Shown here: positions 9,727 through 23,452 of the stretch, piece after piece
How the letters are laid out: each line of letters opens with the position of its first letter
Position numbering within the stretch: position 1 is the stretch's first letter
Source: Geosiphon pyriformis uo1
Lineage: Eukaryota > Fungi > Glomeromycota
Assembly (NCBI GenBank): GCA_016748015.1
Contig: JAAOMT010000441.1
Location: 186,001 to 250,000 of the forward strand
Direction of reading: 5' to 3'
DNA length: 64,000 bases
Notes under the pieces: model-generated
The model's input: only the letters and a program-made list of their open reading frames with translations
Told to the model about the DNA's origin: nothing
Databases searched by the model: none
Translations under genes and position numbers: made by a program

Positions 9727-11198
9727 GTGGCAAAATCAGAAAACATAGGAGCAAACCATTTAGGATTCGCAAAATCCCTATTTCAATACTATTGTCAACA
9801 CTTGAGATTAAACCACAATCATATATCTGCCAAATCAGCCTTTAATTTCTATGTCAATAAAAAAATTTCTTCTTTGTTAAGAACACCAGTGAATACTAAA
9901 TCAGCCAGGGAAACTTTCTACAGAGAATTAATTCAAAATACCAACCTGCCAACAAATCACAATTTTGCCTCCATCATTACTAAGATCAACAAAGAAATTG
10001 AACATCACACCCAACAAAGATATCCAATTACTTACGCCAGTAAAGGCAAAGAAAAACTACAAACACCAGCAGTAACACCCAAAAGAATACAACCACTCAT
10101 TTGGAAGAAAACAAAAGTTGAATCACCAACTGCTCTATCTTATCACTACACACTGCAAAGCGCCATTAATATAATATCAGCAAGCATATCCACATCAAAT
10201 GCAATATCAACATTCAGACAATTCCCATTCCAAAGTAAACAAAGAAAAACAAATCTACTAGGACCATACGGTGAATATTTTGAAGGATTTAACTCGTAAT
10301 TACCAATTTCATCAGGCCTCTGATCACTGCCACCACCACCAGATTTCGGAATTTCTGATCCATGGGAAGTAATGAAATCAGAAAAAGAGGAAGAAGAATC
10401 TGAGGAACAAGAATTTACTTACCAGAACCCAATCACTGAAAATCCAGAAGTTGAAATCCTGAATTTTCAAACTCAGCAAAATCTAAATTTAGAAAATTCA
10501 GAAATCGAAACTCTGAATCATCAAAGGCAGAACAATTTAAACCCCAAATTAATTAATCAGCAAAACTTACCTCCAGTAATCATCATCAATCAACCACCAA
10601 TTAATCCAATAGCCAAACCCATACAGCAGCCACCTCCACCCCAACAACCAGTACCACAACAACCACTTCAACAGCCACCACAACAACCCAACTTAGATTC
10701 AATGGCTTATGTACCAATTGCAAAACTTGACAACTTTACTGGCGAAGAGGATGATGCTCAAGTATGGCTGAATGATGTAGAAAAAGCCATTGCAGCCAAC
10801 AGATGAAATAATGTCCGAGCAATACAAGCCATTCCCTATTTTCTCAAGAATACTGCCAATTCTTGATACCAAAGCTTGATTAATAAACCACAAGATTTTA
10901 ATGCCTTCAAAGTGGAATTCCTAAGATACTTCAGCAACAATAACAGCATCAATTGCCTAGTCAACACATTCACAACCATGAAACAAGGAGAAACTGAAGC
11001 AGTCACCACTTACCTAGGATGCTTCCATCGAAATCTATGCCAAATTCAAGCAATTGACACCAACTATTTCACAGCACCACAGATTCTCAACCAGTTTATC
11101 TGTGGCCTGCGCAGCAGCATTTTGCAACATGTATGTCTATTGCATCCAAGCACACTTCAAGACGCAGTTACACACGCCAGAGATTTTGAATCTGCTGA
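9727..11198 (+). pseudogene. gag: gag of B
   Basis: IAKLDNFTGEEDDAQVWLNDVEKAIAAN, MKQGETEAVTTYLG (retrotransposon capsid-like); in-frame stops. Confidence 0.85.
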
Positions 11199-12004
11199 NN
11201 NNNNNNNNNNNNNNNNNNNNNNNNNNNNNNNNNNNNNNNNNNNNNNNNNNNNNNNNNNNNNNNNNNNNNNNNNNNNNNNNNNNNNNNNNNNNNNNNNNNN
11301 NNNNNNNNNNNNNNNNNNNNNNNNNNNNNNNNNNNNNNNNNNNNNNNNNNNNNNNNNNNNNNNNNNNNNNNNNNNNNNNNNNNNNNNNNNNNNNNNNNNN
11401 NNNNNNNNNNNNNNNNNNNNNNNNNNNNNNNNNNNNNNNNNNNNNNNNNNNNNNNNNNNNNNNNNNNNNNNNNNNNNNNNNNNNNNNNNNNNNNNNNNNN
11501 NNNNNNNNNNNNNNNNNNNNNNNNNNNNNNNNNNNNNNNNNNNNNNNNNNNNNNNNNNNNNNNNNNNNNNNNNNNNNNNNNNNNNNNNNNNNNNNNNNNN
11601 NNNNNNNNNNNNNNNNNNNNNNNNNNNNNNNNNNNNNNNNNNNNNNNNNNNNNNNNNNNNNNNNNNNNNNNNNNNNNNNNNNNNNNNNNNNNNNNNNNNN
11701 NNNNNNNNNNNNNNNNNNNNNNNNNNNNNNNNNNNNNNNNNNNNNNNNNNNNNNNNNNNNNNNNNNNNNNNNNNNNNNNNNNNNNNNNNNNNNNNNNNNN
11801 NNNNNNNNNNNNNNNNNNNNNNNNNNNNNNNNNNNNNNNNNNNNNNNNNNNNNNNNNNNNNNNNNNNNNNNNNNNNNNNNNNNNNNNNNNNNNNNNNNNN
11901 NNNNNNNNNNNNNNNNNNNNNNNNNNNNNNNNNNNNNNNNNNNNNNNNNNNNNNNNNNNNNNNNNNNNNNNNNNNNNNNNNNNNNNNNNNNNNNNNNNNN
12001 NNNN

Positions 12005-15000
12005 GGTCACTGAGTTGATTGAGCTGCCAGTGCTAAAATTATCACTGCAGATGGCACCATGAGAATGCCTATTGGCGAAATTGACAACTTCCCAATTGAA
12101 GTTAATGGCATTGTCACTTCCATTAAGATTTTAGTGATGGAAGCAACTCAGTACCAAGCACTAGTTGGTAATGATTGGCTAGTCAAAACCAATGCTGTGC
12201 TTGACTGGACCATGCAAAAACTCCAGTTCAGTCAGAATGAACGACACACATGGGTACCAGCTACATGTGGTCACTTTAAGACCACCAACTCGTCAGCACC
12301 ACTAATCGACTTCAAAGAAAAAACAAAACCTACCTGAGAAGCCTACCAAGTCTTGTGGGCTGACCCAGACCACAATGAACTGTTGCTGATACTCTCATGG
12401 AATGACAACCCCAAGGGAAAGCAAAAAAAGAAACTGACTTAGGAGACAGACAATTTGACTTGGACTGACAATAAACAAGAAGAACCATCAAGTTGGGAGT
12501 AGAAAGAAGAAAAGGAAAAAGGAAAAGAAAGGGAGGAGGAAAACACTCAAGCCAACAACATTTATATCCCATACATCTATGATCAACAACAATCATTAAC
12601 CTATCACTAACCCAAACTGATATGCATTGATTGTGACAAGAAATTGTCATCAATGGGTGCATGCTGTGGTGACGACAAAGAATATCAGACGGCAACCAAG
12701 TTTTATTGTTACACATGCCTTGTCGAATGTTTTGGAAGACCAAAACGAGTGAGAAAATGGAATAATACACCATGTCTAGCCTGTGGAGAAACTCTCCTTG
12801 ACGAAGAAATATAGAATTCCTGGGAGAAGAAGAACGTGTAATGTTTCTTGCCAATACATGATCCTCATCAGCAACTGGGTCGAGAAAGAGACACCAATAG
12901 AAGCCACTTGGAGAAGAGCTGTACAGCGATTGGACAGTTGTCTACATGATAATGATGAATTATGGCGAATGGCAATTGCCAAAATTGAAGGCGTGTTGTC
13001 AGAAGAAATCAGAACAATTAAAAAAACCCACCAGAACCCATTGAGCTTGACTGGAATGTAGAGCTAGTCATAAATTTCCTGAAACCAAAAGAGTTCTATA
13101 AGCACTACCAAAACTTGGCACTCACTAGAGAAAAGCAAGAACAATGGCTAGCACAATTGAATACAAAACTATGTTGCCATTGTTTAATTCCCTGTGACTT
13201 TGAATATTGTGACAATTGTGACCTCATTTACAATCCACTACCATGCATTATCTACACAATCCCCAAAGAGGAAGAACCAATCAGCAACTGCGCATTAGAG
13301 TTGGAATCACCATTCGATCCTGATTCAAACTCTGACAATGACAACAATGAGAATAATGGTTCTAGTTCCATTCAAAATGGCAATAACAATGACAACAATA
13401 TCAACTCAGATTCAAATTCCAACTCAAATTATGAACAATATATCGTGCTTTCTGATCTCACCAAGAAACAAGAACTAAAATGATTCAGTGATAATAATAA
13501 AGGTATCATGCCAGAACACGCACATAATACTGATGCCAGGTTTGATCTGAGGTATCCAGAAAAAGATGCCATTAAATTGGAACCACATTTGCGCACCTGC
13601 ATTGATCTGAAAATAGTGCTGGAAATTCTGGCAACAACAATGGTTCAATTAGCATTTGGAAGTAGTTTAGCAAAAAGAGGGATTAATATAAGAGGAGAAA
13701 TAATTGACATGAGATATGTAAAAAATATTATTGCTATGCTACAAAATGACTCAGAAAAAACCTATATAATAGAGCCCAACAAAAAGATAGCACAGGCAAT
13801 ATTCCTGTCTCTGGTTAGAGTAGCTCAGTTAGTATCAGTAGGAAAGAGAGAGGAATTAGAAATAACAGTGAGAGAAATACAGGGATTTGAATCAACAAGT
13901 AGAATAGATATACTAGTTAATATGGCAGAAGAAGAAATTGTTGACTAAAGAGAAATTATCTCAGCAGGTTAAGCAATTTCTATTCCACCATATGGCCAGT
14001 ACATGATAGAAATAAAGTGAGAAGTAAAAGAATAGAATCAGATTTTTGAAGCAGAACCAACTCTTTGTGAATCAGGAGAAATTGGACTTATCAATCTACA
14101 CATACCAGCCAAAAACCATAACCATATCAAAATTTCCATCTACAACAACACTGGAAATATTGTAGAAATACCAGCCAGAACTACCATTGGATACTTAAGT
14201 ACTGAAATAGAAGATCAACCACCAAGCACCATTCTGGACTTTCCACAGCTTTGTGAATATGTCGATATCACATCACAAACAATATATGGACAAAGTGAAG
14301 ATTATTTGCTCTAACCAGAACAATTGGAACAAATGAACATGGGAAACTTGGATCCACTCCAAAGTATGCAACTTAAGATGTTGCTCAACAATTTCAATGA
14401 CATTTTTGCCAGCAAAAATGAGTTTGGCCAAACTGACATCATTCAGCATCAGATCAAGACTGGAGATGCAATGCCAATTAAACAAAAAGCATACAGAGTA
14501 CCACCAGTTAGCCACGAGATTATCCGGCAAGAGATAAACCGAATTCTTAACAACAGGCTAATTCAGCCATTAATAAGCCCATGGTCGTTATCAGTGGTAC
14601 TCATTCATAAAAAGAATAGAAAGATCTGCTTTTAAGTAGATTATAGAAAACTTAATGGAATAACTCATGGAGATAGCTACCTCACTCCACGGATCCAAAA
14701 ATTATTCGATGCTTTCAGTGGAAACAAATAGTTTTCAACATTAGACCTGGACAGTGGTTACTGGCAAATAGCCATAGATCCAGCTGATAAAGAAAAAATG
14801 GCATTCACCACCAGAAAAGAGAATTTTGAATTTGAAGTAATGCCATTTGGCTTAACCAATACACCAATCACTTTCCAAAAGCTAATAGAAATTGTTTATA
14901 CTGGCTTATTGTGAAAATCAGTAGTTGTATACTTGGATGACACCAATGTATTCTCAAAAACATTTGATTATTATTTTCATTATCTTCAACAAGTGTTCAA

Positions 15001-15733
15001 AAGACTAAGAAGAGCAGAACTAAAGTTAAATGCAACAAAGTGTTTTTTTGGCAAAACAAAACTAAAATTCTTGGAACACATAGTTAACAAAGATAGCATT
15101 AAAACAGATCCAGAGAAAATAGAGATAGTAAAGAACTATCTAGTGCTGACAAATATAACAGAACTGAAATCATTCTTGGGATTCGCCAGCTACTATTGAC
15201 ATTTTATCAAAAACTTTTCCAAGATAGCGCAGCCACTCAACCAACTGCAAACCAAGAATACAAAATATGAATAGACAGAAAGTCAACAAGAAGCTTTTGA
15301 TATTCTGAGAAGAAAGCTTATTTAACCTTCAGTACTGATCTATTCAGATTACAGCAAACCATTCATTATCACCACCAATGTATTCGGCCAAGCATTAGGA
15401 GCAATACTATCTCAGAGAGAACCAGACAGCAGAAAACATCTAGTAGCATATGCCAGCAGAGATTTAACACCAGCCGAAAAAAACTATGGAACACTAGAAC
15501 AAGAATACTTAGCAATATATTAAGCAGTCATGAAATAGAAAAAATACTTGAGCCAGAAGTTTGAAGTATACACAGATCACAAAAAATTAACATCACTTCA
15601 AAAACAAAAATTTGGAGATGGAAGACAGTCAAAATGAAAAATGGCACTCGTACTATATAATTATACTATACATTATAAAAAGAGAAAAGACAATGGAAAT
15701 GCTGACGGTTTGTCACAAATGAGACAAATCTAA
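12005..15733 (+). pseudogene. pol: pol of B: protease C-half, Cys-rich domain, dUTPase (~13508-13900), RT, RNase H
   Basis: ALVGNDWL; DARFDLRYP..SSLAKRG..KIAQAIF..QGFEST; YLDD at ~14930; ends NADGLSQMRQI-TAA. Confidence 0.9.
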
Positions 15734-15794
15734 GAACATTTCAACCCAAAATATAACAAAACCAGAACAATACCAACAAAAAATATAACAAAAG

Positions 15795-17165
15795 ATGAAC
15801 ATACAAAAATATCAACAACTGCAACATTATATAAACACTCAACAGTTTAAGGAGAATTTATTTCAAATAGAATGAAAGAGTATCAAACAACAATCAAAAT
15901 ATTTTATCACTCACCAAAATATACTTTATCAGAAAAATAGAAGAGAGCTAAAGCAATCAACCAGAGTAATTACAGAGTCAGAAAAAGAGACAATATTATT
16001 CAACATGCACTCAAATTCAACAGCAGAACATTTTCACAAAGAAGCAACCATGGAAAGAACCAGAAAAAGATACTATTGGCCATCAATGTATCCAGACATT
16101 ATTCAATATGTTCAAAATTGTGATGCTTGTCAGCGAAAAAGAAGAACGAAATCCAGTGAACCATTAAAACCAATCAAAGTAGAACAACCATTCGACTGTA
16201 TTGGAATTGATCTAGTCAGACCATTAACAATCACCAGAGGAGGAAACAAGTACATAGCAGTAGCCATGAACTATTTCACTAAATGGCCAGAGGCGAAAGC
16301 AATTCAAAAAGCAGATGCAGAATCTGTTGCCAAATTTGTTCATCAAGATTTAATTTGTTAACACAGATGTCCAAAGGAATTATTATCAGACCAAGAAACT
16401 CATTTTGTGAACAGAACATTAACAGAATTGAGCCAAAGATTCGGAATTAAGAGACCACTATCATCACCATACCATCTACAAACCAACGGATTAGTTGAAA
16501 GATTCAACAAAACATTGTGTGAAGCAATAGCTAAGCTCAGCCAAGAAAACCAGAATGATTGGGACATGTTGATACCATCAGTACTATTTGCTTATTGAAC
16601 AATGAAACAAGACACTACACAAGCAACACCATTTGAATTAGTATACAGTAGAACAGCAACATTACTAGTGGAGATAAAGATCAACACATATCTAACTGAA
16701 CCAATAACAGAAGAGAATTTCCAAGAAACATTGTTAAGAAGAACATATGACTTAATGGAAACATTGGAAAACAAACAAAGAAGAGCAGCTGATAACATAC
16801 AAAAGTCACAAGAAAAACAAAAAGAAAGACATGATAATCAACTATCAGACAAACCAGTTGAATTCAAGATTGGAGACAAAGTACTCTTACATTGTACCAA
16901 AGCAGAAAAACAATGGAGTGGAAAATTTGACCCCAAATGGGATGGACCATTTCACATATAAGAAATTCTAGAAAATAGAGCTTACAAATTAAGACTAAAC
17001 AACAAAATCTTAACCAAAGCAGCACATGGAAATCGACTGAAACCATACTACAACACCATACTACCATCCACCAGTAATATTTTACAATTAGGAGTACAGA
17101 AAATACTAGTCCAACCAGATCAGATTCCACGAGATCTGGAACCAATCATTATTATTGACAACAAC
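15795..17165 (+). pseudogene. Integrase of B (separate ATG)
   Basis: ATG 15795 is in frame with ORFs 16005/16407/16602; CDACQ, IDLV, TNGLVERFN, WDGPFH. Confidence 0.9.
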
Positions 17166-17861
17166 ATGTCAAATTAATCTATCAAAAGAATATATAAAGA
17201 CATGGTAGATGTGACAGGAAATATCAGAAAAATGGAAATTACAGACAACATTCATTCATTAGCACAACAACTCTTTCAATTGATCCAACACCAGGAAATA
17301 AAGATTACAATCAATCAACAAACCATTTAATATCAAGATACTAGAAAGACATTACAATCCAGAACACAGAAAAAAACTGAAAATACTGTGGACAAAATCA
17401 TTGCGAAAGTAAAATTAGCAATAAGAGAGTTGACAAAAGAGTTACTATATCAAGAGTTAACTAAAGAAACTTGGAATTGGTGGATACAACAATTTCCACA
17501 AAACTATTGTTATTTTTACTTGGAACAACATGTAAATATCCAAAATCTATATACAGATAAAACAAAGTGATTATTTGACAAAAAAATACTACAACAATTA
17601 GAATATTTTGTGGGAAAGAACAACTTATCCACACAGGCCTGAGCTATATACCAAATACACACAGTATTTCAGGATAGACCAGAAATATTACTCAACAAAG
17701 CAATAGATATGGTTACCAGTAATCAATTGGGAAAGATCACCAATGCTCAATTTGAAGAATTACAGACCCAAATAATACAAGTAATTCTCGAAAACAAAAT
17801 CCAGGAAATACTTCAAGAGGGGGAATTAAACAAGTTGGATTTCAACAGAGCTCAATATTAA
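17166..17861 (+). pseudogene. ORF3 of B (unknown function, in frame with IN)
   Basis: Reading frame with few stops including ORF 17388..17570, ending LDFNRAQY*; homologous to ORF3 of G and H. Confidence 0.65.
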
Positions 17862-17874
17862 AAAAAGGGAATAA

Positions 17875-18655
17875 TGTTACTCATAGAAATATAGAAAATA
17901 TATTAGCATGATTATTAGCCAATCAGAAATAGACGTAGTAAATGTGGAATTCTAGGATTTCTTTCAGGAATTGCAGGATTCCTGTCATAAAGAATCAAGG
18001 AATTGAGGAATCTCAATTATGTATATATAGCAGCAGAATTAGAAGCTAAAAAGACAGACCTCTTAGTTTAGATTTAATCTAAGCAACTCTCCAAATTACA
18101 ATCATCTAATAAATAACTATTTGTTATCTCAAACCCATTTCCACTATCAACACTTCATGTTGATAGTAATTAATACTTAACCACACTGGAACAATAGCTC
18201 TTGATCATGACTATTAACAGAATACTAACTTGCAAATTGTCTTGGCTTATTTCTTTTTTTTCTTTATTTCTTTTCTTTTCTTTATTTTCTTGCTTTGATT
18301 TTATTGTTGTTTACTAACTCTATTAAGAATTAACACGCACAGCACTGACGTCAGGATAAACGTGACTGGTAAAAGACCCAGAAATAAGGATAGAACACTC
18401 AATTGAGGATAGCTTACCAGGAGGAATACTGGCCATCAAGCTGAGAAAGAAATTGACAAAACTGCGGTTTCGGGAAGCTATGAATAAAAACTATTACCAT
18501 TAAATCTCTGTTCATTATACAAAGGACTCAACCAAACTCTTCAGATACAAAACCTTCAGATACCAAACCTTCAGATCATTGACAACAAGAATAGCTTTGA
18601 GCACCAAGTTATGGGTTTGTATTTAATTTAACACCAGAAATTGTCACCTATAACA
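17875..18655 (+). repeat. 3' LTR of B
   Basis: Direct repeat of 8794-9664. Confidence 0.95.
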
Positions 18656-18723
18656 ACGCATCTCCAATAATTGAGAGCACCAAACATTACCAGTTCTATT
18701 ACCCACCAAGTTTACCCATAACA

Positions 18724-21700
18724 CCATTATTCAAAAATGATATATAAGATTTAATTAAATAGTTGAATGATTTTAAAAGAGCTGTCACAGCCAATTAATA
18801 TGACAATGAATACAAGTTTCAAATTGTTGGTGAATATTTCTAAGGCTCTTTTGCCACTTGGTTCTTACAAAAAACCAATGCCAATGTTCAATAAAAAATC
18901 ATAAAGTGAACACCAGCAAATGCTGAAAAAGACAACATCTCTTTTATTATTTAGTTTAAAAACAAATTCAGAACTCTAATATTAATATCCAAATGGCTAT
19001 GGAATTAAAAAAAAGAATCCAAGACTCTGGTGAAATTGTAACTAAGTATGTCAAAGCAATCAGAAAGTTAATTAAGTGGATAGACCCTAAAAGAAACTAA
19101 ACAGAAAAACAGAAAATTCACTTCTTTACAAAAGAATTGAGAACTAATCTTTCATATGCTCTTTGGTCTCTTTTGGCTCTGAAAAACAATCCCACAATAG
19201 ATATAGCCATTGAATTAACCCAATGAATTAACCCAATGAATTGAAAACAATCAAAAGATGTACTTGGAATCTACACTTTTAGTTTTTGTTTTTGCTTCTG
19301 TTATGGCTTTTGCTCCTTAAATAGCTGTTACTTTTTTTGCTGCCCAGACTCCAGATCTCAATAAACAATTAATAGATAGACTTATAGCCAATTTTGCCTG
19401 GTTATTAGAACTCTTAATCCAAGCAGTCAGAAAAAATCAACAATCCCAAAAACCCAGATTTGAACTCTATTTTAATTAGCCCCAGCAACCCTTTTATCAA
19501 AGACAACAAAATCATGACCCATCTATGTATTATTGTTGTAAATTAACTGAATATTTCTTCAGAGATTGCAACAATTCTTTTTTGCCTTCTTTAGCTCCTA
19601 GAAATAATGATAACCAAAACAATAAAACCAACAACAACAATATCCCCAATCAAAGATCCAATCATGTCAATATCAATTTCTTTGAAGAGAATTCCTTAGT
19701 TAAAGTTATTGTTTATAAGTCTTTAAACTAGTAAGCATACCTCCAAAGGGTAAAAGTACAAGCCAATTAGAAAAAAACCTTTTTTATGCTTTTAATCTAA
19801 CTAATGATAATCATGACATAGATAAACTAGCAATCAATACTTCTGAATTAACAAAAAAAAAGAAGAAAGCCAAGGTTGATTTCATTTTAGACTTAAACAA
19901 AGCATTTATATTAACTGCTAATAACAATAAGCTACTAAAGGCTAAAATTTTTAAGAATCCTCCAAAGCTAGAACTCCCAGAAATTGTACAAAAATCTGGT
20001 CCTTATTCTATTGTCAAAGATCTCATGAAAACCCCAGCTCACATTATCTTTGGCTAGTTAATAACTCATCTACAATTCAGAAAAAATTTTTACAAATCTT
20101 TGATCCTAAAGAAAAAGACACCAAAAACTAACAAACACTTTTACCAAGCTAAACTTACTGACAACAGCAATGTCACTTCTCTGATTTGCAAAGCCCAAGT
20201 GGCTGGCTACTTTATTGATCTAATCTTAAACAGTAAATTATCTATTAGTGTCATTGCCAAACATTTCCTTAAAGCAATTGGCAGAAAAATTAATGAATTT
20301 TTAACTAGACCAATGACCAATATACATAGTGACAAAAAGAAAGAACTGGGCATAACCAAAGCTGTTTTTGTTCATATCAATGACATCAGCATTGAAATTG
20401 ACATAGAAGTATCTAAAGCAAAAGAGTATACCATTATTGTTGACAATGAGTGACTCAAAAAAGCCAAAGTACTACTTGACTATAAACTTTGTAAGTTAAC
20501 TATCAGATATGGTAAAAAGCCTATTGTGGTTAAGTGTCATTATTGAACAACCTCTTTAGTATTCAAGCAAAATTAAGAAAATAAGCAATTGGATGAATCA
20601 GATAATAAAGAGAATGATGAAAAAGAAGATTAAAAAGAACAAGAAAAAACTACTAAACTTGTCTATACTATTTTTACCAGCAATGACAAGTTACTGAACA
20701 ATATTAAAGCTGACAAAGAAAGAATTATTGTAAATGACAAAATGATTTGCTGGCTCTACTATAATATCCTCAGAAAAATCTTTGATAGAAAGCCTAACAA
20801 GAAAGCAAAATACAGTTATTAGTGGTATGGCCTTTATGTCTGGTATTGGTATAATAAACCCTTGTATTTTTCTAGTAATGAATGCAAATTCTGTCTAATC
20901 TATTACAAAGATTGAGAACTTATTAGCCTAATACCAAGAGAAAAACTAAGAGAAATACAAAAGTCTTTTGAAAGTAAACCACTTGAAATTCAATCACTTG
21001 TAGTAAAACAAAGAAAACCCTTTCTGAAGAAAAAAAAATAGACATTGTAAATCTGTTGGTTAAAAATAGTCCAGTTATCTTAAAAGAAGATAATACTCCT
21101 AAACAAATCTATGTGATACAACATACTATTACCACCAAAGAAACTTGTTCTATTTATTTGAAGCCTTATTAATCCAATTAACATAATGATAAGTTCATAA
21201 AAAAAGAGATAAACAGAATAAAAAATCTTGGATTCATACAAAAAACCAAGAGTAAATGGGCTTTTCCAGTTGTAGTGATATTCAAAAAAGGTAAAACTCT
21301 ATGCTTTTGTGTTAATTATTGCCAATTAAATGCCATTATTATATGAAACATGTACTCACTCCCCAAAATTGATGTAATACTAAACAAATTTAATGGTGCT
21401 GTTTTTTTTTCAACTATTAACTTAATTGCTGGATTCTGGCAAGTAAAGATGGATCCAAAAAGCAGAAAAAAAACTGTCTTTATCACCAAATATGGCACTT
21501 ATAAATTCATAGTCATGTTTTTTGGTCTCATCAATGCCTCTCTCATCTTTCAATACCTAATGGACAAAGTGTTTAAATCAGTAAAAGAAAACTTTGTTTT
21601 GGTTTATTTAAATAACATAATAGTATACTCAAAAACCTGGGATAAACATCTTAAACACTTGCAAAAGGTTTTTAATCTTTTCAAAAATGCTGGCCTCAAG

Positions 21701-22413
21701 ATAAACTTAATCAAATCTTTTTTTGAACATTAATTCACCCAGTTTCTTGGTTATTTTATTACAAAAAATGGAATCTTCCCTGACTTAGCTAAAGTTAAAA
21801 AAGTCCAGAACATTAGACAACCAATAAATATTCCTGAACTATGCTTTTTTTTTTGGTTTGGCTTTTTATTATTACAAATTTATTAAAGATTTCTCCAAAA
21901 TCATTTTTTTTTTTAATCAGCTATTCAGAAAAAATATTAATTATCACTGGAGCACACACCAGCAAAAAACTTTTGAAATTCTAAAAGAAAAACTTGTTAT
22001 TGAACCAATTTTTAAGCAACCTAACTTGGACCAATCTTTTATTCTATACACTAATACATCTGGTTATAGACTTAATATTGTTTTCTTACAAAAAGATGAA
22101 AATGGCAGAAAACATGTTATAGCATATGCCAATAGAACCCTTATACCAGCAAAAAAAACTATTCAGTTACTGAACAAGAATGCTTAATGGTAGTTTAGGT
22201 TACTAGTTATTGAGACCAATATTTTTTTGGTGTGAAATTTCTAATGATAACCAACTATTAAGTCTTGGTTTGGCTGTATAACAAAAAGAAGCTAGAACAC
22301 AAACAAATAACTTGCTAGATACTCCATCTGGATGAATTTGACTATAATATTTAACACCACAAAGTAGCAAATTATCAAAACACTAATGTTTTCTTTAAAC
22401 TTATTATTCAATA
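18724..22413 (+). pseudogene. pol: gag-pol of C (capsid, zinc knuckle, protease, RT, RNase H)
   Basis: Decayed CYYCxxxxHxxRDC at 19525; LILNSKLSISVI (PR); RT ORF 21350; RH ORF 21858. Confidence 0.85.
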
Positions 22414-22460
22414 ATAGTACAACTTTCTTAAATCAAACCAATCTAATTATTAGTAACTCC

Positions 22461-23452
22461 TGTTACTGGAGGTTTTTGGTCTCTTTTCTTGAATGTTGTA
22501 AATATCTTTTGGTTGCAAATTTACGTTTTCTAGAAGTAGTGGAACCTTCAATAACTGAATTTATCTTCAAATTATCTTCTATAATTTGAACTTGCTGGGC
22601 TTATAAGTGGAATGGCCAATTCTTTGCCAGTTATTTTATGTAGTTATGTTGTAGTAAATGTCAACTCTTTCTCAGGAATTGTTCATCTGGAAGCTCACTA
22701 AAAATGTGTAGTTACTTTGCTGTGAAAATCAACTCTTCTACAGGAATTTCGTCTGTAGGCTACCCTAATGATTATAATAAAAAAAAAAAAGAAAAAGAAA
22801 AAAAATGTAAAAAAAATAGGATTTTATCAAGGAAAACGTTTTCTATTCAGGCCTGGAGTCACTAACAGTTTACTGAAATTGGTAGCTAATCAATTTCGAA
22901 ATGTTAGTTGGGTTTTGGGGATTTTCCAAGTGCAATAATTAAAGAATTTGGTTTTTCAAATTATTTGATATTTATTTCTTTTTGTGTGTATAGGAATGGT
23001 TCTAAGGGATAAATCTAAAGTAAGATATATTTTCTTGAAAAGAAAAGCTCTTTTTTTATACAACTTGTTGTAGTACTAGTCTATAAACTTGCACTTTTTC
23101 TCTTTGCTCAAATTTTGGTGAACTAAAGATACATTTTGATAGACTACAAGTTATTTCGCTGAATTATTGATTAATTTGGGTGAACTATTCATAATTTCGG
23201 CGAATTTCTATAAATTTCGGCAAATTTCTTATAAATTTCGGCGAATTTTTGAATGTTACAAAGTTCAGAGTATTGTGTAATTTGATCATCCTACTTTTTG
23301 TTATATTAATTGGATTATTTAATTGAATCGTGATATGTGATAATTGATGAAATAATAAATAATAATTTGAAATAATATTACTATACTAATTAATTATAGG
23401 AATTATAAGGGTAATTTCATGCTAATTAATAGCTAAAATTCTACTGATAACA
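22461..23452 (-). repeat. 3' LTR of E
   Basis: Direct repeat of 31403-32382. Confidence 0.95.

Larger units (their letters stand above)
8794..18655 (+). mobile_element. Full-length dUTPase-encoding Ty3/Gypsy element B (many stop codons)
   Basis: LTRs 8794-9664 and 17875-18655; TSD ATGC/ACGC; PBS at 9667; PPT ~17860-17874. Confidence 0.95.
7841..18723 (+). repeat. Solo LTR D (~1 kb; 7841-8793 and 18660-18723) inserted in gag of C and itself split by B
   Basis: TGTTACC...CCCATAACA, TSD CCAT/CCAT; gag of C is continuous across this site in copy C' (~43090). Confidence 0.85.

Noticed and set aside
11054-12018. Long ORFs spanning N runs (also 2247-2506)
   Set aside because: Artefacts of assembly gaps
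12330-12854. 174-aa antisense ORF in B
   Set aside because: Not seen in the homologous regions of A, E or F; shadow of pol
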